Assembly (NCBI GenBank): GCA_039024555.1
Contig: JBCCQQ010000003.1
Location: 140,615-204,614 of the forward strand
Direction: 5' to 3'
Origin: Cyanobacteria bacterium P01_D01_bin.156
GTDB lineage: Bacteria; Cyanobacteriota; Cyanobacteriia; Phormidesmidales; Phormidesmidaceae
Length of the DNA stretch: 64,000 bases
The position numbers and the translations under genes were made by a program. Below the pieces are notes generated by a model. That model was not told where the DNA came from. It ran no database searches and saw only the letters and a list, made by a program, of their open reading frames with translations. Every line of letters begins with the position of its first letter. Position 1 is the stretch's first letter. Below are positions 1-11,243 of this stretch, in pieces.

Positions 1-446
1 GCACTTTCTTCACTGGCCGCACTTTGAGCGGCAGCCGCTGGAGCTGCACTAGTTTTAGGCCGGACCTTCCGAGCTTTCACCATGGAAGCCTTAATGGCCT
101 CGATCAATTCTTTTTGCTCAAATGGCTTTTGAATAAACTCAAAATAGTCGAAGGGGCCGGGAATTTTTTCGGTAACTTCCTCTCGCCGGCCAGACATGAG
201 AACGAGGGGAATTTTCTGTAATTCTGGGGAAGCTTGAATTTCCTGAAAGACCTCCCATCCGCTCATCCGAGGCAGCAAGAAATCCAACATGATGAGATTA
301 GGCTTTTGGTTGCGAATAGCATCTAATCCTTCAACGCCGTCGGTGGCTTCTATCACCTCAAAATTACCCTGGGGTAACATATCCCGTACGCGCATGCGGA
401 TGACCCGGCTATCGTCGATAACTAAAATCTTATGACTTGCTGCCAC
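1..446 (-). CDS. Response regulator receiver-domain protein (3' end runs off the window)
   Basis: Not in ORF track. Manual translation from GTG at 446 (GGAG RBS just upstream): MAASHKILVIDDSRVIRMRVRDML...PNLIMLDFLLPRMSGWEV...PLVLMSG...FIQKPF. This has the REC acidic pair, phospho-Asp and KP motif, and is open to position 1. Confidence 0.85.
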   Translation of the reverse strand, partial: MAASHKILVIDDSRVIRMRVRDMLPQGNFEVIEATDGVEGLDAIRNQKPNLIMLDFLLPRMSGWEVFQEIQASPELQKIPLVLMSGRREEVTEKIPGPFDYFEFIQKPFEQKELIEAIKASMVKARKVRPKTSAAPAAAAQSAASEES

Positions 447-754
447 GGCTAACTCCTACTAGATAGTTACAGTTTGTATAAGGTGAGCAATGCTGATGCT
501 GTTTGCCATTCCATAAAGCAACAGTTGTTAATCCACTTAGGTCAGCACCCTGTCAATCAATTCTGCCCAGGTTGGTAATGGTGATAAGTCTATCCCTGAT
601 TAGTTTTTAGAATCATAAAGGATAAAAAAGCGTTAAAACACTCTAATACGGCTCCCATCTTATTAAGGTCATGTATTTGCGTACAGGATACCCGGTCCAC
701 AGCGATTTGCTGAATCACCGCAACGCTATATTTTAGAAAAGCTGATTTAAACCC

Positions 755-1669
755 ATGGAAAGTTTATCTAACATACCTTCCAGCAACGCTGCTAGACCTG
801 AAATTGTGCAGCAGCTACCCGCTTGGTTACGACGTCCCATAGGTCGCGCCAGTGAGCTTTCAACTGTACAAAAAATTATTAAACAGCGACAGATTCATAC
901 GATTTGTGAGGAGGGGCGCTGCCCCAATCGCAGTGAGTGCTACGCCCAGAAAACCGCATCCTTTCTCTTAATGGGACCTACCTGCACTCGTGCCTGCTCC
1001 TTTTGCCAAGTGGATAAGGGCCATGCCCCGATGCCGTTAGACCCAGACGAGCCTCAAAAAGTAGCAGAGTCGGTGCAACTGCTGGGATTAAGGTACGTGG
1101 TTCTCACCTCGGTAGCCAGGGATGATTTACCTGATCAAGGAGCGGGTTGGTTTGTAGCCACCATGAACGCCATTCGTGCGGCTATGCCAGAAACTCAGAT
1201 CGAACTGCTCACACCGGATTTCTGGGGCGGCGCAGCACCAGAGCAGTTCCAACAGCAGCGGATAGCAACTATCGTTGCCGCTAAGCCCGCTTGCTTTAAT
1301 CACAATGTGGAAACGGTAGAACGCTTACAAGGCCCCGTCCGTCGTGGGGCAAAGTATTGGCGCTCTTTGGACGTGTTGCGCTACGTCAAGGAGTTGGATA
1401 GCTCAATTCCAACGAAATCGGGGCTAATGCTGGGTCATGGTGAAACGGAAGAAGAATTGATAACAACGATGCAAGATCTACGATCAGTGGGTTGCGATCG
1501 CATCACCCTAGGCCAATACATGCGACCCTCTTTAGAGCATTTACCCGTACAGCGCTACTGGACACCCGACGAATTTGAGCGATTCGGGGAAATCGCCCGT
1601 GATTTAGGGTTTTCTCAAGTCAGGTCAGGGCCTCTAGTACGCAGTTCATACCACGCAGGAGAGGAGTGA
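755..1669 (+). CDS. lipA: Lipoyl synthase (radical SAM)
   Basis: [12 protein letters not shown] auxiliary-cluster motif, CTRACSFC radical-SAM motif, C-terminal [10 protein letters not shown]. Confidence 0.97.
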   Translation: MESLSNIPSSNAARPEIVQQLPAWLRRPIGRASELSTVQKIIKQRQIHTICEEGRCPNRSECYAQKTASFLLMGPTCTRACSFCQVDKGHAPMPLDPDEPQKVAESVQLLGLRYVVLTSVARDDLPDQGAGWFVATMNAIRAAMPETQIELLTPDFWGGAAPEQFQQQRIATIVAAKPACFNHNVETVERLQGPVRRGAKYWRSLDVLRYVKELDSSIPTKSGLMLGHGETEEELITTMQDLRSVGCDRITLGQYMRPSLEHLPVQRYWTPDEFERFGEIARDLGFSQVRSGPLVRSSYHAGEE

Positions 1670-1724
1670 AGGTAGAAGGTCCGAAGTCTGCATCCTTTGC
1701 GTTGACCACTAACACCCCTCGCCC

Positions 1725-2240
1725 CTAACCATCCATATCTATCACCCGGTTTGCTAAATCCCGCCATTCCTGCACTGCATAGGGCGGTACGATGATTTCG
1801 CTCGGAGCTTTACCCTGGAGTGGCACGGAGAGTGTTAGAGGAATAGCCTTCTGCAGAGCCGCGATGACCGTAGCCACATCGTACTGATTGGTGTTGCTCG
1901 GTAGGACTGGTGTTGGTGGGTCTAGTTTGGGGCTAGCCTGCCAATTTAGGGCTGTGCCTGTTTTAACGGTCAAAGGCTTTTGCGGATCGATTTCCACCAC
2001 ACCTGGAAACCCGACAATCCGCAGATACATGCCTTCTAAACCATCGGGCCGATAGCGCTTAAACAGAATTGTCTGCCAGGAACGGTCGTTGCGATCGCGT
2101 AAGCTTTGCTGCGATCGCACAGTGGTTTGTCCAGGCCGCTCATGATAAACATGGACCGACGCTAGGGCTGGCTGACTCCAAGCGAGACTAACCATCAATA
2201 TCAAGAGACAAAGCAAAGCGCTCACTTGCCGATGAATCAT
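1725..2240 (-). CDS. Secreted cyanobacterial conserved protein, DUF3122-like
   Basis: Signal peptide ending QPALA; RSQQSLRD..WQ.ILFKR and LRIVGFPG motifs recalled from DUF3122. Confidence 0.65.
   Translation of the reverse strand: MIHRQVSALLCLLILMVSLAWSQPALASVHVYHERPGQTTVRSQQSLRDRNDRSWQTILFKRYRPDGLEGMYLRIVGFPGVVEIDPQKPLTVKTGTALNWQASPKLDPPTPVLPSNTNQYDVATVIAALQKAIPLTLSVPLQGKAPSEIIVPPYAVQEWRDLANRVIDMDG
2091..2118. repeat. HIP1 octamers (GCGATCGC); representative pair, recurring across the window
   Basis: Copies at 2091 and 2111, also 4224, 7399, 11092 and many more; cyanobacterial hallmark. Confidence 0.9.
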
Positions 2241-2354
2241 AGGAATATTCGTCTTTGCAATGTCTTACTTTATAGCGATCTCCTGCCGTGCACCAACCTG
2301 CACAATTTGCCATTGCAAGGTAAGAGACAACTATTGTTCAACTGTTATTTTGCT

Positions 2355-3974
2355 TTAGAGTTGGCTCAACGCATCTAAAACAATGCGATAGCGTTCGGCT
2401 TCATTATTCGCTAAGTACAGACTGCCTGCTTTCTCTAAATCTGCTTGGGCACTCACTGTATTCCCCAGCTGAGCACTGGTAATACCCCGATAATAAAATG
2501 CATCAGGAGTAAATACATCGGTCGTTAATACCTGAGAAAAGTCAGCATAAGCCGCCTGATATTCACCTGCTTCATAGTAAGTCCGGCCACGCTCACTGTA
2601 AGCATCCCAATAGGTTGGGTCTAACTCAATAGCTGTTGTGTAATCACCGATAGCACTCACACTATCCCCCAAACTCGCAAAGGTATCGCCACGTCCCTTA
2701 TAAGAGGGTGCATGATCTGGCCGTAGGGTAAGAGCAGTTGAAAAATCATTCAGGGCCGTCTGCTCGTCCCCAATCAGCAAGTGGACACTGCCCCGACGAT
2801 AGTAAGCTTCAGCAGATTCTGGAGACAGCTGGAGCAGACGGTTAAAATCGCTAATGGCAGCAGTCGAATTTCCGGATGCTGCATAGATCTGGCCACGAAT
2901 TAGATAAGCATCGGCATAACTAGGGTCTAGGGTCAGCACTTGATTGAGATCCGCTAATGCTGCCCGAGGACGGTTTGCTGCCGCCAGAGCAAAACTGCGA
3001 TTGTAGTAAGCTTCGACGTTACTTTCATCTAGACGAATAGCAGTATTAAAGTCTTTGAGCGCGGCTTCTAAAGCTTCAAGCTCATAGTGAGAGACTCCAC
3101 GGTTGACATAGGCCGCCACATAATCGTCATTAAGATCGATAGCCTGAGAAAAATCAACAATAGCCGCCTCAAAATTATCTAAGGCCTTGAAAATTAACCC
3201 GCGATGAAAATAAGCAAAGGCATTGTCAGGCGCTAGACGCACAGCTTCGTTTAAATCTTCAAGGGCAATCTCTTGATTATTACGTTCAGAATCTAGCAGG
3301 CCACGATAGATATAGGCAGTGGCCAAACTAGGATCAACGGCAATGGCACGATCAAAGTCAACATAGGCTCGATCAGTATTCTGCAGCTCATAGTAGAGAA
3401 TGCCACGATTTAGATAGGCAGCACCGTAGTTGAAATCAATCGCAATTGCCTGGTTATAGCTATTTAAAGCAGCTGTTGTATCCTCTAGGCGGGCAAAAGC
3501 AGCACCACGAAAGAGATAGGCCGGTGCATAGTTGGGGTTGATGCTGATAGCCGCATTGAATTCTGTAATTGCCGCTTGATTATCACCCGCTTGATACAAG
3601 TCAACACCGGCCCGAAAACGCTCAATATAGTTGGGGGTCTCAACAACTTCTTCGTCAGCAGTGACCGATTCCTCTAGAGCATCATCAGTAGTATCTGTAG
3701 CCGCATCCTCATCGTCTAGGAGAATGCCTTCTTCTTCTAACAGATCCTCTGGAAAAACAGGTTCTGGTTCTATAAATGTTGGTTGAGCTGCAGGTGCATC
3801 CTCTGCAGGAACAGCTTCCAATTCACCCGACCCATCTAAAAAAATCGCCTCTGTTTCAAAATCCTCAGGTGCAGTGGTACTGACCACATCCGCCATACTA
3901 GCAGGGGCATTGCTACCCAGGAATGCCATAGTGCCCAGTAGTATCAAAGCAAAACGATTGGTGTTCATTCGCAT
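2355..3974 (-). CDS. Secreted tetratricopeptide-repeat protein with acidic N-terminal linker
   Basis: Signal peptide, D/E-rich low-complexity region, then about 12 34-aa TPR repeats (AY.NRG...A..DF..AI.L.P). Confidence 0.9.
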   Translation of the reverse strand: MRMNTNRFALILLGTMAFLGSNAPASMADVVSTTAPEDFETEAIFLDGSGELEAVPAEDAPAAQPTFIEPEPVFPEDLLEEEGILLDDEDAATDTTDDALEESVTADEEVVETPNYIERFRAGVDLYQAGDNQAAITEFNAAISINPNYAPAYLFRGAAFARLEDTTAALNSYNQAIAIDFNYGAAYLNRGILYYELQNTDRAYVDFDRAIAVDPSLATAYIYRGLLDSERNNQEIALEDLNEAVRLAPDNAFAYFHRGLIFKALDNFEAAIVDFSQAIDLNDDYVAAYVNRGVSHYELEALEAALKDFNTAIRLDESNVEAYYNRSFALAAANRPRAALADLNQVLTLDPSYADAYLIRGQIYAASGNSTAAISDFNRLLQLSPESAEAYYRRGSVHLLIGDEQTALNDFSTALTLRPDHAPSYKGRGDTFASLGDSVSAIGDYTTAIELDPTYWDAYSERGRTYYEAGEYQAAYADFSQVLTTDVFTPDAFYYRGITSAQLGNTVSAQADLEKAGSLYLANNEAERYRIVLDALSQL

Positions 3975-4169
3975 TTTCCCCGTGTTTTGGCCCCGTATTT
4001 TGATGGGTTTCTTAAAAATCTACCCAGAGTTATCCCGAGAGTTGCCATTAAGTCAAATTCTCTTGTTTTAGAACTAGGCTCCCTCAGATTATTGTTCGCC
4101 AGTCAAAACCATAGAGTTATAGTCTTTGAAGAGGTATATGGCTTAAAACAAGGCAATTGTAAGGGGAAC

Positions 4170-5495
4170 ATGGCCAGTACAACAGAAATCAAGCAACATT
4201 GGCAGCTGAGTTTTGGCCGACTGGCGATCGCAAATATTATTTCCAACCTGATGGTACCGCTGGCTGGACTGATTGACACTGCATTTCTGGGTCACTTAGC
4301 CGACATTCATCATTTAGCTGGCGTAGCTCTGGCCACGGTATTGTTCAACTGTATCTATTGGAGTTGTGGTTTCTTGCGAATGGGCACCACAGGTCTGATG
4401 GCCCAGGCAGCCGGACGGAACAACTCCACTGAACAATGGCAAGTGGGGCTGCGGGCACTGCTGGTGGCCTTTGTCCTAGGCATCGTCATTTTGATAGCGC
4501 AATATCCTTTGAGGGTAGCTGGGTTTGCCATTTTACAGGCCGATGCAGATGTACTCGATGCAGGAACTGCGTTCTATCAAGGGCGTATCTTAGGAGCTCC
4601 AGCGGTGTTGATGAACTACGGGCTGCTGGGATGGTTTTTAGGTTTGGGCCGAGGCCGATGGGTCATGGCTTTGGCAGTCATTGGTAATGGCACCAATATT
4701 CTGCTCGACTATTTGATGATTGTCCGATGGGGCTGGGAAAGCTATGGAGCCGGTTTAGCAACAGCCTTAAGCCAATACACCATGCTATCGGTCGGTGCGG
4801 TACTGCTATGGCGCATGGTGCCCTGGAAACAGGTATGGCAGCAATGGCACAGCCTCTTTAATCGGGGAGCTCTAGCCACATTATTCCGCCTCAATCGCAA
4901 TCTCATGATGCGCACCTGGGCGCTGTTGATTAGTTTTGGGTTGTTTACGACCCTCAGTGGCATCATGGGCACTGAGATTCTGTCAGTCAACACGCTACTA
5001 CTACAGTCGTTGATGCTGGTGAGCTACTTTCTTGACGGCATTGCCTTTGCCACAGAGAGCTATGCAGGAAAATTTTATGGTCAAGGACAAACGAGTCAAC
5101 TACGAACTCTGGTGATATTGGGCAGTGGCTTTAGCATCAGTTTAGGACTAAGTATTGCGATCGCATTTATTGCCCTTCCAGACCAACTATTTGGCCTGCT
5201 TACTGACCACCAAACAATTTTGAACCAGCTACACCACTACGTTTTCTGGTTACTCCCTCTCTTCGGGTTTGGAGCCATCTCCTTTATGCTAGATGGCTAC
5301 TTTCTTGGACTCAGTGCCGGTCATATCCTGCGCAATTCCACCATCTTCGCCACAGGATTAGGTTTTTTACCACTAGCACTGATGGCTTACCTATTCCAAC
5401 AGCCAAATTTGCTCTGGCTGGCCATGACCTGTTTTATGTTTACCCGAGCTCTAACCCTGGCTTGTGCAGTCCCGGCTAGCCTGACACAACAATAG
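4170..5495 (+). CDS. MATE family (DinF-like) efflux transporter
   Basis: NIISNLMVPLAGLIDTAFLGHL, GFLRMGTTGL and DGIAFATES motifs; about 12 TM; likely start ATG 4170 after AAGGGG RBS. Confidence 0.9.
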   Translation: MASTTEIKQHWQLSFGRLAIANIISNLMVPLAGLIDTAFLGHLADIHHLAGVALATVLFNCIYWSCGFLRMGTTGLMAQAAGRNNSTEQWQVGLRALLVAFVLGIVILIAQYPLRVAGFAILQADADVLDAGTAFYQGRILGAPAVLMNYGLLGWFLGLGRGRWVMALAVIGNGTNILLDYLMIVRWGWESYGAGLATALSQYTMLSVGAVLLWRMVPWKQVWQQWHSLFNRGALATLFRLNRNLMMRTWALLISFGLFTTLSGIMGTEILSVNTLLLQSLMLVSYFLDGIAFATESYAGKFYGQGQTSQLRTLVILGSGFSISLGLSIAIAFIALPDQLFGLLTDHQTILNQLHHYVFWLLPLFGFGAISFMLDGYFLGLSAGHILRNSTIFATGLGFLPLALMAYLFQQPNLLWLAMTCFMFTRALTLACAVPASLTQQ

Positions 5496-5538
5496 CCAGC
5501 CCAGGGCAAAACACATCGTGCTACACAGTTGGTATGCA

Positions 5539-5994
5539 CTAGGATGGAGCGCACCGAATTTCCAACAAAAATCCGTCCGGGTCATAAAAGTAAATACCTC
5601 TGCCCGTAGGACGGCTGACGGGACCATGGTCAATAGGCACCTGGTTTTGATGCAGAATTTCCACCGCTTGATCAAACAAAACTGGAGCAATATCAAAGGC
5701 CATATGGTTAGCTCGCGTAAATTGCTGTTTAGGGTCAGCATGGGGCGGACCTAAATCAGGTTCTCCAAACAGGTCCAAAATAGTGCCATCCGGTAGCCGA
5801 AAATTAGCCACTTTCCCTTGAGCCACCAGTTTCACCAATGTCTCTGGCACCTCATCTCCTGTGAGTTCATGCAACCCTAAAACCTCACCGTAAAAGCGTC
5901 GTGAGCTCCCCATATCCTTCACATTGAGAGCAATGTGATGCACTCCCCGCAACATATTAGGGCCAAGGCATGTTCGTTCAGTAGAGACTGTCAT
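5539..5994 (-). CDS. VOC/glyoxalase family protein
   Basis: HHIALNV..S.RFYGEVLGL, HMAF, IYFYDPDGFLLEI. Confidence 0.9.
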   Translation of the reverse strand: MTVSTERTCLGPNMLRGVHHIALNVKDMGSSRRFYGEVLGLHELTGDEVPETLVKLVAQGKVANFRLPDGTILDLFGEPDLGPPHADPKQQFTRANHMAFDIAPVLFDQAVEILHQNQVPIDHGPVSRPTGRGIYFYDPDGFLLEIRCAPS

Positions 5995-6231
5995 CGCTAA
6001 ACCGCAAGCTTCCGTTGCTTTCTACTCTAGCGAAGCCAAGACATATCGCATCAATTGTTGGTCGAGCACCATGAATGAGTTTCATATATCTGCCGTATCC
6101 GACCCATCTATTTCTTAAGAAGGTCGATAATAATGGATATAGTCTTCATATTGCTGACTTGAGCTCTTGCAGGCCAATGCCTAACTTCTGACTTAGCAGC
6201 AATTCCGCTTCTCTAAATCGCTTTGATATCT

Positions 6232-9200
6232 ATGAACAGCCTTTTCCTTGAACGTCTGCATAGTCCTGAACGGCCCGTCATTGTTTTTGATGGAGCCATG
6301 GGAACCAATTTGCAGGTCCAGGAGCTGACCGCCGATGACTTTGGCGGCCTGGATTACGAGGGCTGTAATGAATATTTAGTGCTCACTAAACCTGATGCCG
6401 TAGCCAAGGTACATCGCGACTTTTTGGCAGCGGGTGCAGACGTCATTGAAACAGACACCTTTGGTGGCAGCACCTTTGTATTGGCAGAATATGGGCTGCA
6501 GGACCGCGCCTATGAGATGAATAAGGTGGCAGCAGAACTAGCTAAAAGCTGCACTGCAGAATTTTCAACGCCAGAAAAGCCACGGTTTGTAGCAGGCTCT
6601 ATTGGTCCTGGCACTAAGCTACCGACCCTAGGCCACATTACCTACGATGAACTGCTGGATGCATTTACTGTTCAAGCAGATGGGTTATACGATGGCGGTG
6701 TCGATCTATTGATTGTGGAGACCTGCCAAGATGTGCTGCAGATTAAGGCAGCCCTCAATGCTATCGAAGCCGTGTTTGAGAAAAAGGGTAGTCGCTTACC
6801 CCTGATGGTGTCAGTCACCATGGAAACCACTGGCACCATGCTGGTGGGTTCAGACATCACGGCTGTGGTCAGTATTCTGGAACCCTATCCCATTGATATT
6901 TTGGGGCTGAACTGCGCTACTGGCCCCGACCTGATGACTGAGCATATTAAATATCTGTCGGAGACATCTCCCTTTGTGGTGTCCTGTGTACCCAATGCGG
7001 GTCTGCCGGAAAATATTGGCGGCCATGCTCACTACAAGCTCACTCCCATGGAGCTACGCATGGCCCTGCATCGGTTTGTGGAGGATCTTGGGGTGCAGGT
7101 GATCGGTGGTTGTTGTGGAACACGGCCAGATCATATTGCAGCGTTGGCGGGGATTGCGGAAGAGTTGTCGCCTAAGGAACGCCAGGTTCGACTAAGCACA
7201 GGGAAAAGGGAACACGGGGGAAAAGGAGCAGAAGAACCTCGCCCTGCTTTTCACTACATACCTTCAGCAGCTTCGATTTATGGGGCACAGCCCTATGAAC
7301 AGGATAATTCGTTCTTGATTGTGGGAGAACGGTTGAATGCTAGCGGTTCGCGAAAGGTCCGGGAACTGCTCAATGAGGATGATTGGGATGGGTTGATTGC
7401 GATCGCAAAACGGCAGGTGAAAGAAGGTGCCCACATTCTTGACGTCAACGTAGATTACGTCGGTCGTAATGGTGAAGCCGACATGCACGAAATTGTCTCC
7501 CGCCTAGTCACCAATGTCACCCTACCGCTCATGCTCGACTCCACCGAGTGGACCAAAATGGAAGCTGGACTAAAGGTAGCCGGAGGGAAATGCATTCTCA
7601 ACTCCACCAACTATGAGGACGGTAACGAGAGATTTTTCAAAGTACTTGAACTAGCCAAAACCTACGGTGCTGGTGTGGTCATCGGCTGCATTGACGAAGA
7701 CGGCATGGCCCGTACTGCCGAAAAGAAATTCCAAATCGCCCAGCGAGCATATCGTGACGCTTTAGAATATGGCCTGCCACCCCACGAGTTGTTCTTCGAT
7801 ACCCTGGCCCTACCCATCTCCACTGGCATTGAAGAAGACCGTGAGAATGCTAAAGCCACCATCGATGCCATTAAAAAAATTCAAGAGCATCTTCCTGACG
7901 TTCACTTTATGCTGGGTGTCTCCAATGTCTCCTTTGGCCTTAGCCCTGCCGCCCGTATCACCCTTAATTCGATGTTTCTACACGAAGCCATGCAAGTGGG
8001 TATGGACGGAGCCATTGTCTCAGCCGCTAAAATTCTCCCCCTCATTAAAATCGATCCTGACCACCAGAAAGTCTGCAAAGATCTGATCTACGACAACCGC
8101 GAATTCGATGGCGACATCTGCACCTATGACCCCCTGGGTAAGCTAACCACCCTGTTCGAAGGTGTGACCACAAAAGATGCTCGTTCCTCCGCATCCCTCG
8201 CCGATCTACCCATCAATGAACGTCTTAAGCAACACATCATCGATGGCGAACGCATCGGCCTCGAAGAAGCGCTAAAGGTGGCCCTAGATGGCGGCACTGA
8301 GCCTTTGCAAATTATCAATACTTTCCTCCTAGACGGCATGAAAGTGGTGGGTGAACTCTTCGGTTCTGGGCAGATGCAGCTGCCCTTTGTCCTGCAGTCA
8401 GCCCAAACGATGAAAGCTGCCGTAGCGTTCCTTGAACCCTTGATGGATAAAGAAGAGGGTGCAGAGGATTCTGGCAAAGGTAAGTTTCTTATTGCAACGG
8501 TCAAGGGAGATGTTCATGATATCGGCAAAAATCTAGTGGACATTATCCTCACCAACAACGGCTATAAGGTGATTAACCTAGGCATTAAACAAACCATCGA
8601 TGCCATTGTCTCCGCCTACGAAGAGCACAAGCCCGACTGTATTGCTATGAGTGGTTTGTTGGTGAAGTCTACTGCCTTTATGAAAGAGAATCTGACAGTC
8701 TTCAACGAAAAGGGAATTTCTGTTCCTGTAATTCTTGGTGGTGCAGCGCTCACCCCCAAATTTGTTTACGGCGACTGTCAGGATACCTACAATGGCCAGG
8801 TGATTTATGGAAAAGACGCCTTCGCCGATCTCACCTTTATGGATCGATTGATGCCTGCTAAAAAAGAAGCTAGTTGGCAGGATGAACAAGGTTTTGTTGG
8901 AGATTATGCCCACTATAATCAGAAAGGTCGTAAAGCAATTGAGCAGGCTGAAGCTGAGCTAAACGGCGGCACAAAAAAAGAAGAGAAAAAAGCACCCGAG
9001 GTCGTTGACACGAAGCGTTCTGAGGCGGTAGAGATCGATATTGCCCGCCCCACGCCTCCTTTTTGGGGCACTAAGGTGCTCAAGCCTGAAGACTTTGATA
9101 TGGATGAGCTTTACTGGCATCTGGATAAGCAAGCATTATTTGTCGGCCAGTGGCAGTTTCGTAAACCCAAAGATCAAACTCGTGAGGAGTATGATCAGTT

Positions 9201-9873
9201 TTTAGCCGAGAAGGTTCATCCTGTTCTGGCAGAATGGAAACAGAAGATAAAAGACGAAAACCTTCTGCATCCACAGCTGATTTATGGTTACTTCCCCTGT
9301 ACTGCAGAGGGTAACTCTGTTCATGTGTATGATCCGGTCGTGATTGAAAAGGGCCTTACTTCAAAGGATGCAGAGCCCTTGTTTAGCTGGGAGTTCCCTC
9401 GGCAAAGATCTATGCGTCGTTTGTGCATTGCCGACTTCTTCTTGCCCAAAGAACAGAATCAGTTCGATGTCTTTCCCATGCAAGCAGTTACTGTTGGACA
9501 GATTTCAGCAGACTATGCTCGGCAGCTTTTTGCAGAGGATAAATATACCGATTACCTTTATTTTCACGGTTTAGCGGTTCAAATGGCAGAGGCCATGGCG
9601 GAATGGTGCCATGCGTTAATTCGAAAGGAATTGGGCTACGGCGATCAAGAACCTGACAACATTCGCGATATGCTCGCTCAGCGCTATCAGGGCAGTCGCT
9701 ACAGCTTTGGGTATCCCGCTTGCCCGAATGTTCCAGACCAAGCTAAGCAGCTGGAGGTACTAGGTACTGAACGCATCGGTATGACCATGGATGAAAGCGA
9801 CCAGCTCTATCCAGAAGAATCCACCACGGCAATCATTACGTACCATCCAACCGCTAAATACTTCAGCGCATAA
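6232..9873 (+). CDS. metH: Cobalamin-dependent methionine synthase
   Basis: FDGAMGT, GLNCATG and GGCCGT Zn ligands, pterin-binding domain, [10 protein letters not shown]12-binding motif, [10 protein letters not shown] activation domain; ATG at 6232. Confidence 0.98.
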   Translation: MNSLFLERLHSPERPVIVFDGAMGTNLQVQELTADDFGGLDYEGCNEYLVLTKPDAVAKVHRDFLAAGADVIETDTFGGSTFVLAEYGLQDRAYEMNKVAAELAKSCTAEFSTPEKPRFVAGSIGPGTKLPTLGHITYDELLDAFTVQADGLYDGGVDLLIVETCQDVLQIKAALNAIEAVFEKKGSRLPLMVSVTMETTGTMLVGSDITAVVSILEPYPIDILGLNCATGPDLMTEHIKYLSETSPFVVSCVPNAGLPENIGGHAHYKLTPMELRMALHRFVEDLGVQVIGGCCGTRPDHIAALAGIAEELSPKERQVRLSTGKREHGGKGAEEPRPAFHYIPSAASIYGAQPYEQDNSFLIVGERLNASGSRKVRELLNEDDWDGLIAIAKRQVKEGAHILDVNVDYVGRNGEADMHEIVSRLVTNVTLPLMLDSTEWTKMEAGLKVAGGKCILNSTNYEDGNERFFKVLELAKTYGAGVVIGCIDEDGMARTAEKKFQIAQRAYRDALEYGLPPHELFFDTLALPISTGIEEDRENAKATIDAIKKIQEHLPDVHFMLGVSNVSFGLSPAARITLNSMFLHEAMQVGMDGAIVSAAKILPLIKIDPDHQKVCKDLIYDNREFDGDICTYDPLGKLTTLFEGVTTKDARSSASLADLPINERLKQHIIDGERIGLEEALKVALDGGTEPLQIINTFLLDGMKVVGELFGSGQMQLPFVLQSAQTMKAAVAFLEPLMDKEEGAEDSGKGKFLIATVKGDVHDIGKNLVDIILTNNGYKVINLGIKQTIDAIVSAYEEHKPDCIAMSGLLVKSTAFMKENLTVFNEKGISVPVILGGAALTPKFVYGDCQDTYNGQVIYGKDAFADLTFMDRLMPAKKEASWQDEQGFVGDYAHYNQKGRKAIEQAEAELNGGTKKEEKKAPEVVDTKRSEAVEIDIARPTPPFWGTKVLKPEDFDMDELYWHLDKQALFVGQWQFRKPKDQTREEYDQFLAEKVHPVLAEWKQKIKDENLLHPQLIYGYFPCTAEGNSVHVYDPVVIEKGLTSKDAEPLFSWEFPRQRSMRRLCIADFFLPKEQNQFDVFPMQAVTVGQISADYARQLFAEDKYTDYLYFHGLAVQMAEAMAEWCHALIRKELGYGDQEPDNIRDMLAQRYQGSRYSFGYPACPNVPDQAKQLEVLGTERIGMTMDESDQLYPEESTTAIITYHPTAKYFSA

Positions 9874-9888
9874 ATTTCACATATCCTT

Positions 9889-9910
9889 GTAGGGTGGGCA
9901 ATGCCCACCT
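9889..9910 (+). repeat. GTAG-type REP-like palindrome
   Basis: GTAG-GGTGGGCA-A-TGCCCACC just downstream of the metH stop. Confidence 0.7.
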
Positions 9911-9942
9911 TCTCTTTTGGTAAAACGTTGAGGCCAGAACCA

Positions 9943-10575
9943 ATGTCCAGCCACCGCGTTCCTATCCTCAAACCGGATCAGTCCTATACCTTTGCCAGTT
10001 ATTTCAAAATGAAGTTTCCGGTGGCAGAGATTTTAAAAGAGTTAGGTGTAACGTTTGATGTTGCGTCTATTGAGTTTCAGCAAACCTCACAGGAATTATT
10101 GTCCGTTGCTGACGCTCTTAAAACACGGTTAGAAAACCGTCGGCAGCGAGTCCGACTCACAAGCGAGGCGGCACGACGAGAAGCCCTGGTTGCACCAGTT
10201 TTACTAGAAGTTGCGGATTTGACCCAGGCGATTGTCAATATTGAATATCCCGTAGAGGTGAATCAGTATCTCAGTGGAGATTTGGATTATCTATTAGAAG
10301 CCCAGCATCGAGTGTTAGTGGTTGAGGCAAAACAGGCGAATTTAACGCGTGGGTTTACCCAATTAGCGATGGAGTTAATTGCCCTGGATCAGTGGGTTGA
10401 ACTCAGTGATCCCATTTTGTATGGGGCAATTACCACAGGTGATATCTGGCAGTTTGGCAGTTTTAACCGCGTTGCCAAAAAAATTACTCAAGATACTATG
10501 CTTTACCGTGTGCCTACGGATCTAGCACAGTTAATGCAAATCCTGGTGAGTATCTTGCAAGCGGAAGAGGGATAG
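9943..10575 (+). CDS. Cyanobacterial conserved protein with PD-(D/E)XK / HsdR-N-like fold
   Basis: SEAARRE.LVAPVL, G.LDYL, VVEAK and YGAITTGDIWQF motifs; start taken at ATG 9943 because the ORF-track start lies inside the REP. Confidence 0.65.
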   Translation: MSSHRVPILKPDQSYTFASYFKMKFPVAEILKELGVTFDVASIEFQQTSQELLSVADALKTRLENRRQRVRLTSEAARREALVAPVLLEVADLTQAIVNIEYPVEVNQYLSGDLDYLLEAQHRVLVVEAKQANLTRGFTQLAMELIALDQWVELSDPILYGAITTGDIWQFGSFNRVAKKITQDTMLYRVPTDLAQLMQILVSILQAEEG

Positions 10576-10589
10576 CAAGGATTCAAACA

Positions 10590-10946
10590 ATGGCTGACAA
10601 AGCGACTCAAATTGCTACCAGTTTGCGCAAGGCACTCTTGGAAAACGGACCTATGGTGCAGGCTTTGTATAAGTATGAACTAGAGGAAAATATTGACTAT
10701 TGGCATAAATCCATACTGAAAGATAAGGAAGACTTTGCCATTGTCATCACTGAAAATCGTAGGCATGTAGCTATGCTGTTGATCGATACTGATAAAACTT
10801 TGTATATCAACGAAGCCGCTCGCGAGAAGTTACAAAGTCTGTGGCCTCAAACTTATATGCAGAATATGCTGAAGTTCATTCCGATGATCGTAGATGACGT
10901 GCTAGACAATCATTTCTTTTTTACTGGAGTCAAGATTCACAAATAG
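10590..10946 (+). CDS. Hypothetical protein
   Basis: 118-aa ORF with AAGGA RBS, 14 bp after the upstream gene; no family recognised. Confidence 0.65.
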   Translation: MADKATQIATSLRKALLENGPMVQALYKYELEENIDYWHKSILKDKEDFAIVITENRRHVAMLLIDTDKTLYINEAAREKLQSLWPQTYMQNMLKFIPMIVDDVLDNHFFFTGVKIHK

Positions 10947-11243
10947 TGGCTTCTCAAACGCCAGCCTATTGTTATATCAATCTGAACCAGAGAAGATATT
11001 GAAATCTAATCCTCAGGTTTTGTCTAAAATTTTACTTGGGTAATGGCTTCAAAGATAATTATTACTTTGCTTATCTAAGAGTCGTTAGATTGCGATCGCT
11101 CCACCTCAATTCCTGACCCACATTACAAAAGCGTAAGATGTGCAGCTTCGCTCTTCATCATGGCCAAACCCCTATTTATAGTGGATAGAAGCACTGGTCT
11201 TTGCCTAAGACAGTCTAATTCTGTTGAGAGACGTAGATAATCA

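Noticed and set aside
3987..4169. N-terminal extensions in the ORF track (MATE from 3987; similarly rbcL 51615, purD 40213, ndhI 13475, panB 53227)
   Set aside because: Homology and RBS positions support downstream starts
5995..6231. Cobalamin or SAM riboswitch upstream of metH
   Set aside because: No B12-box or S-box conserved motifs seen
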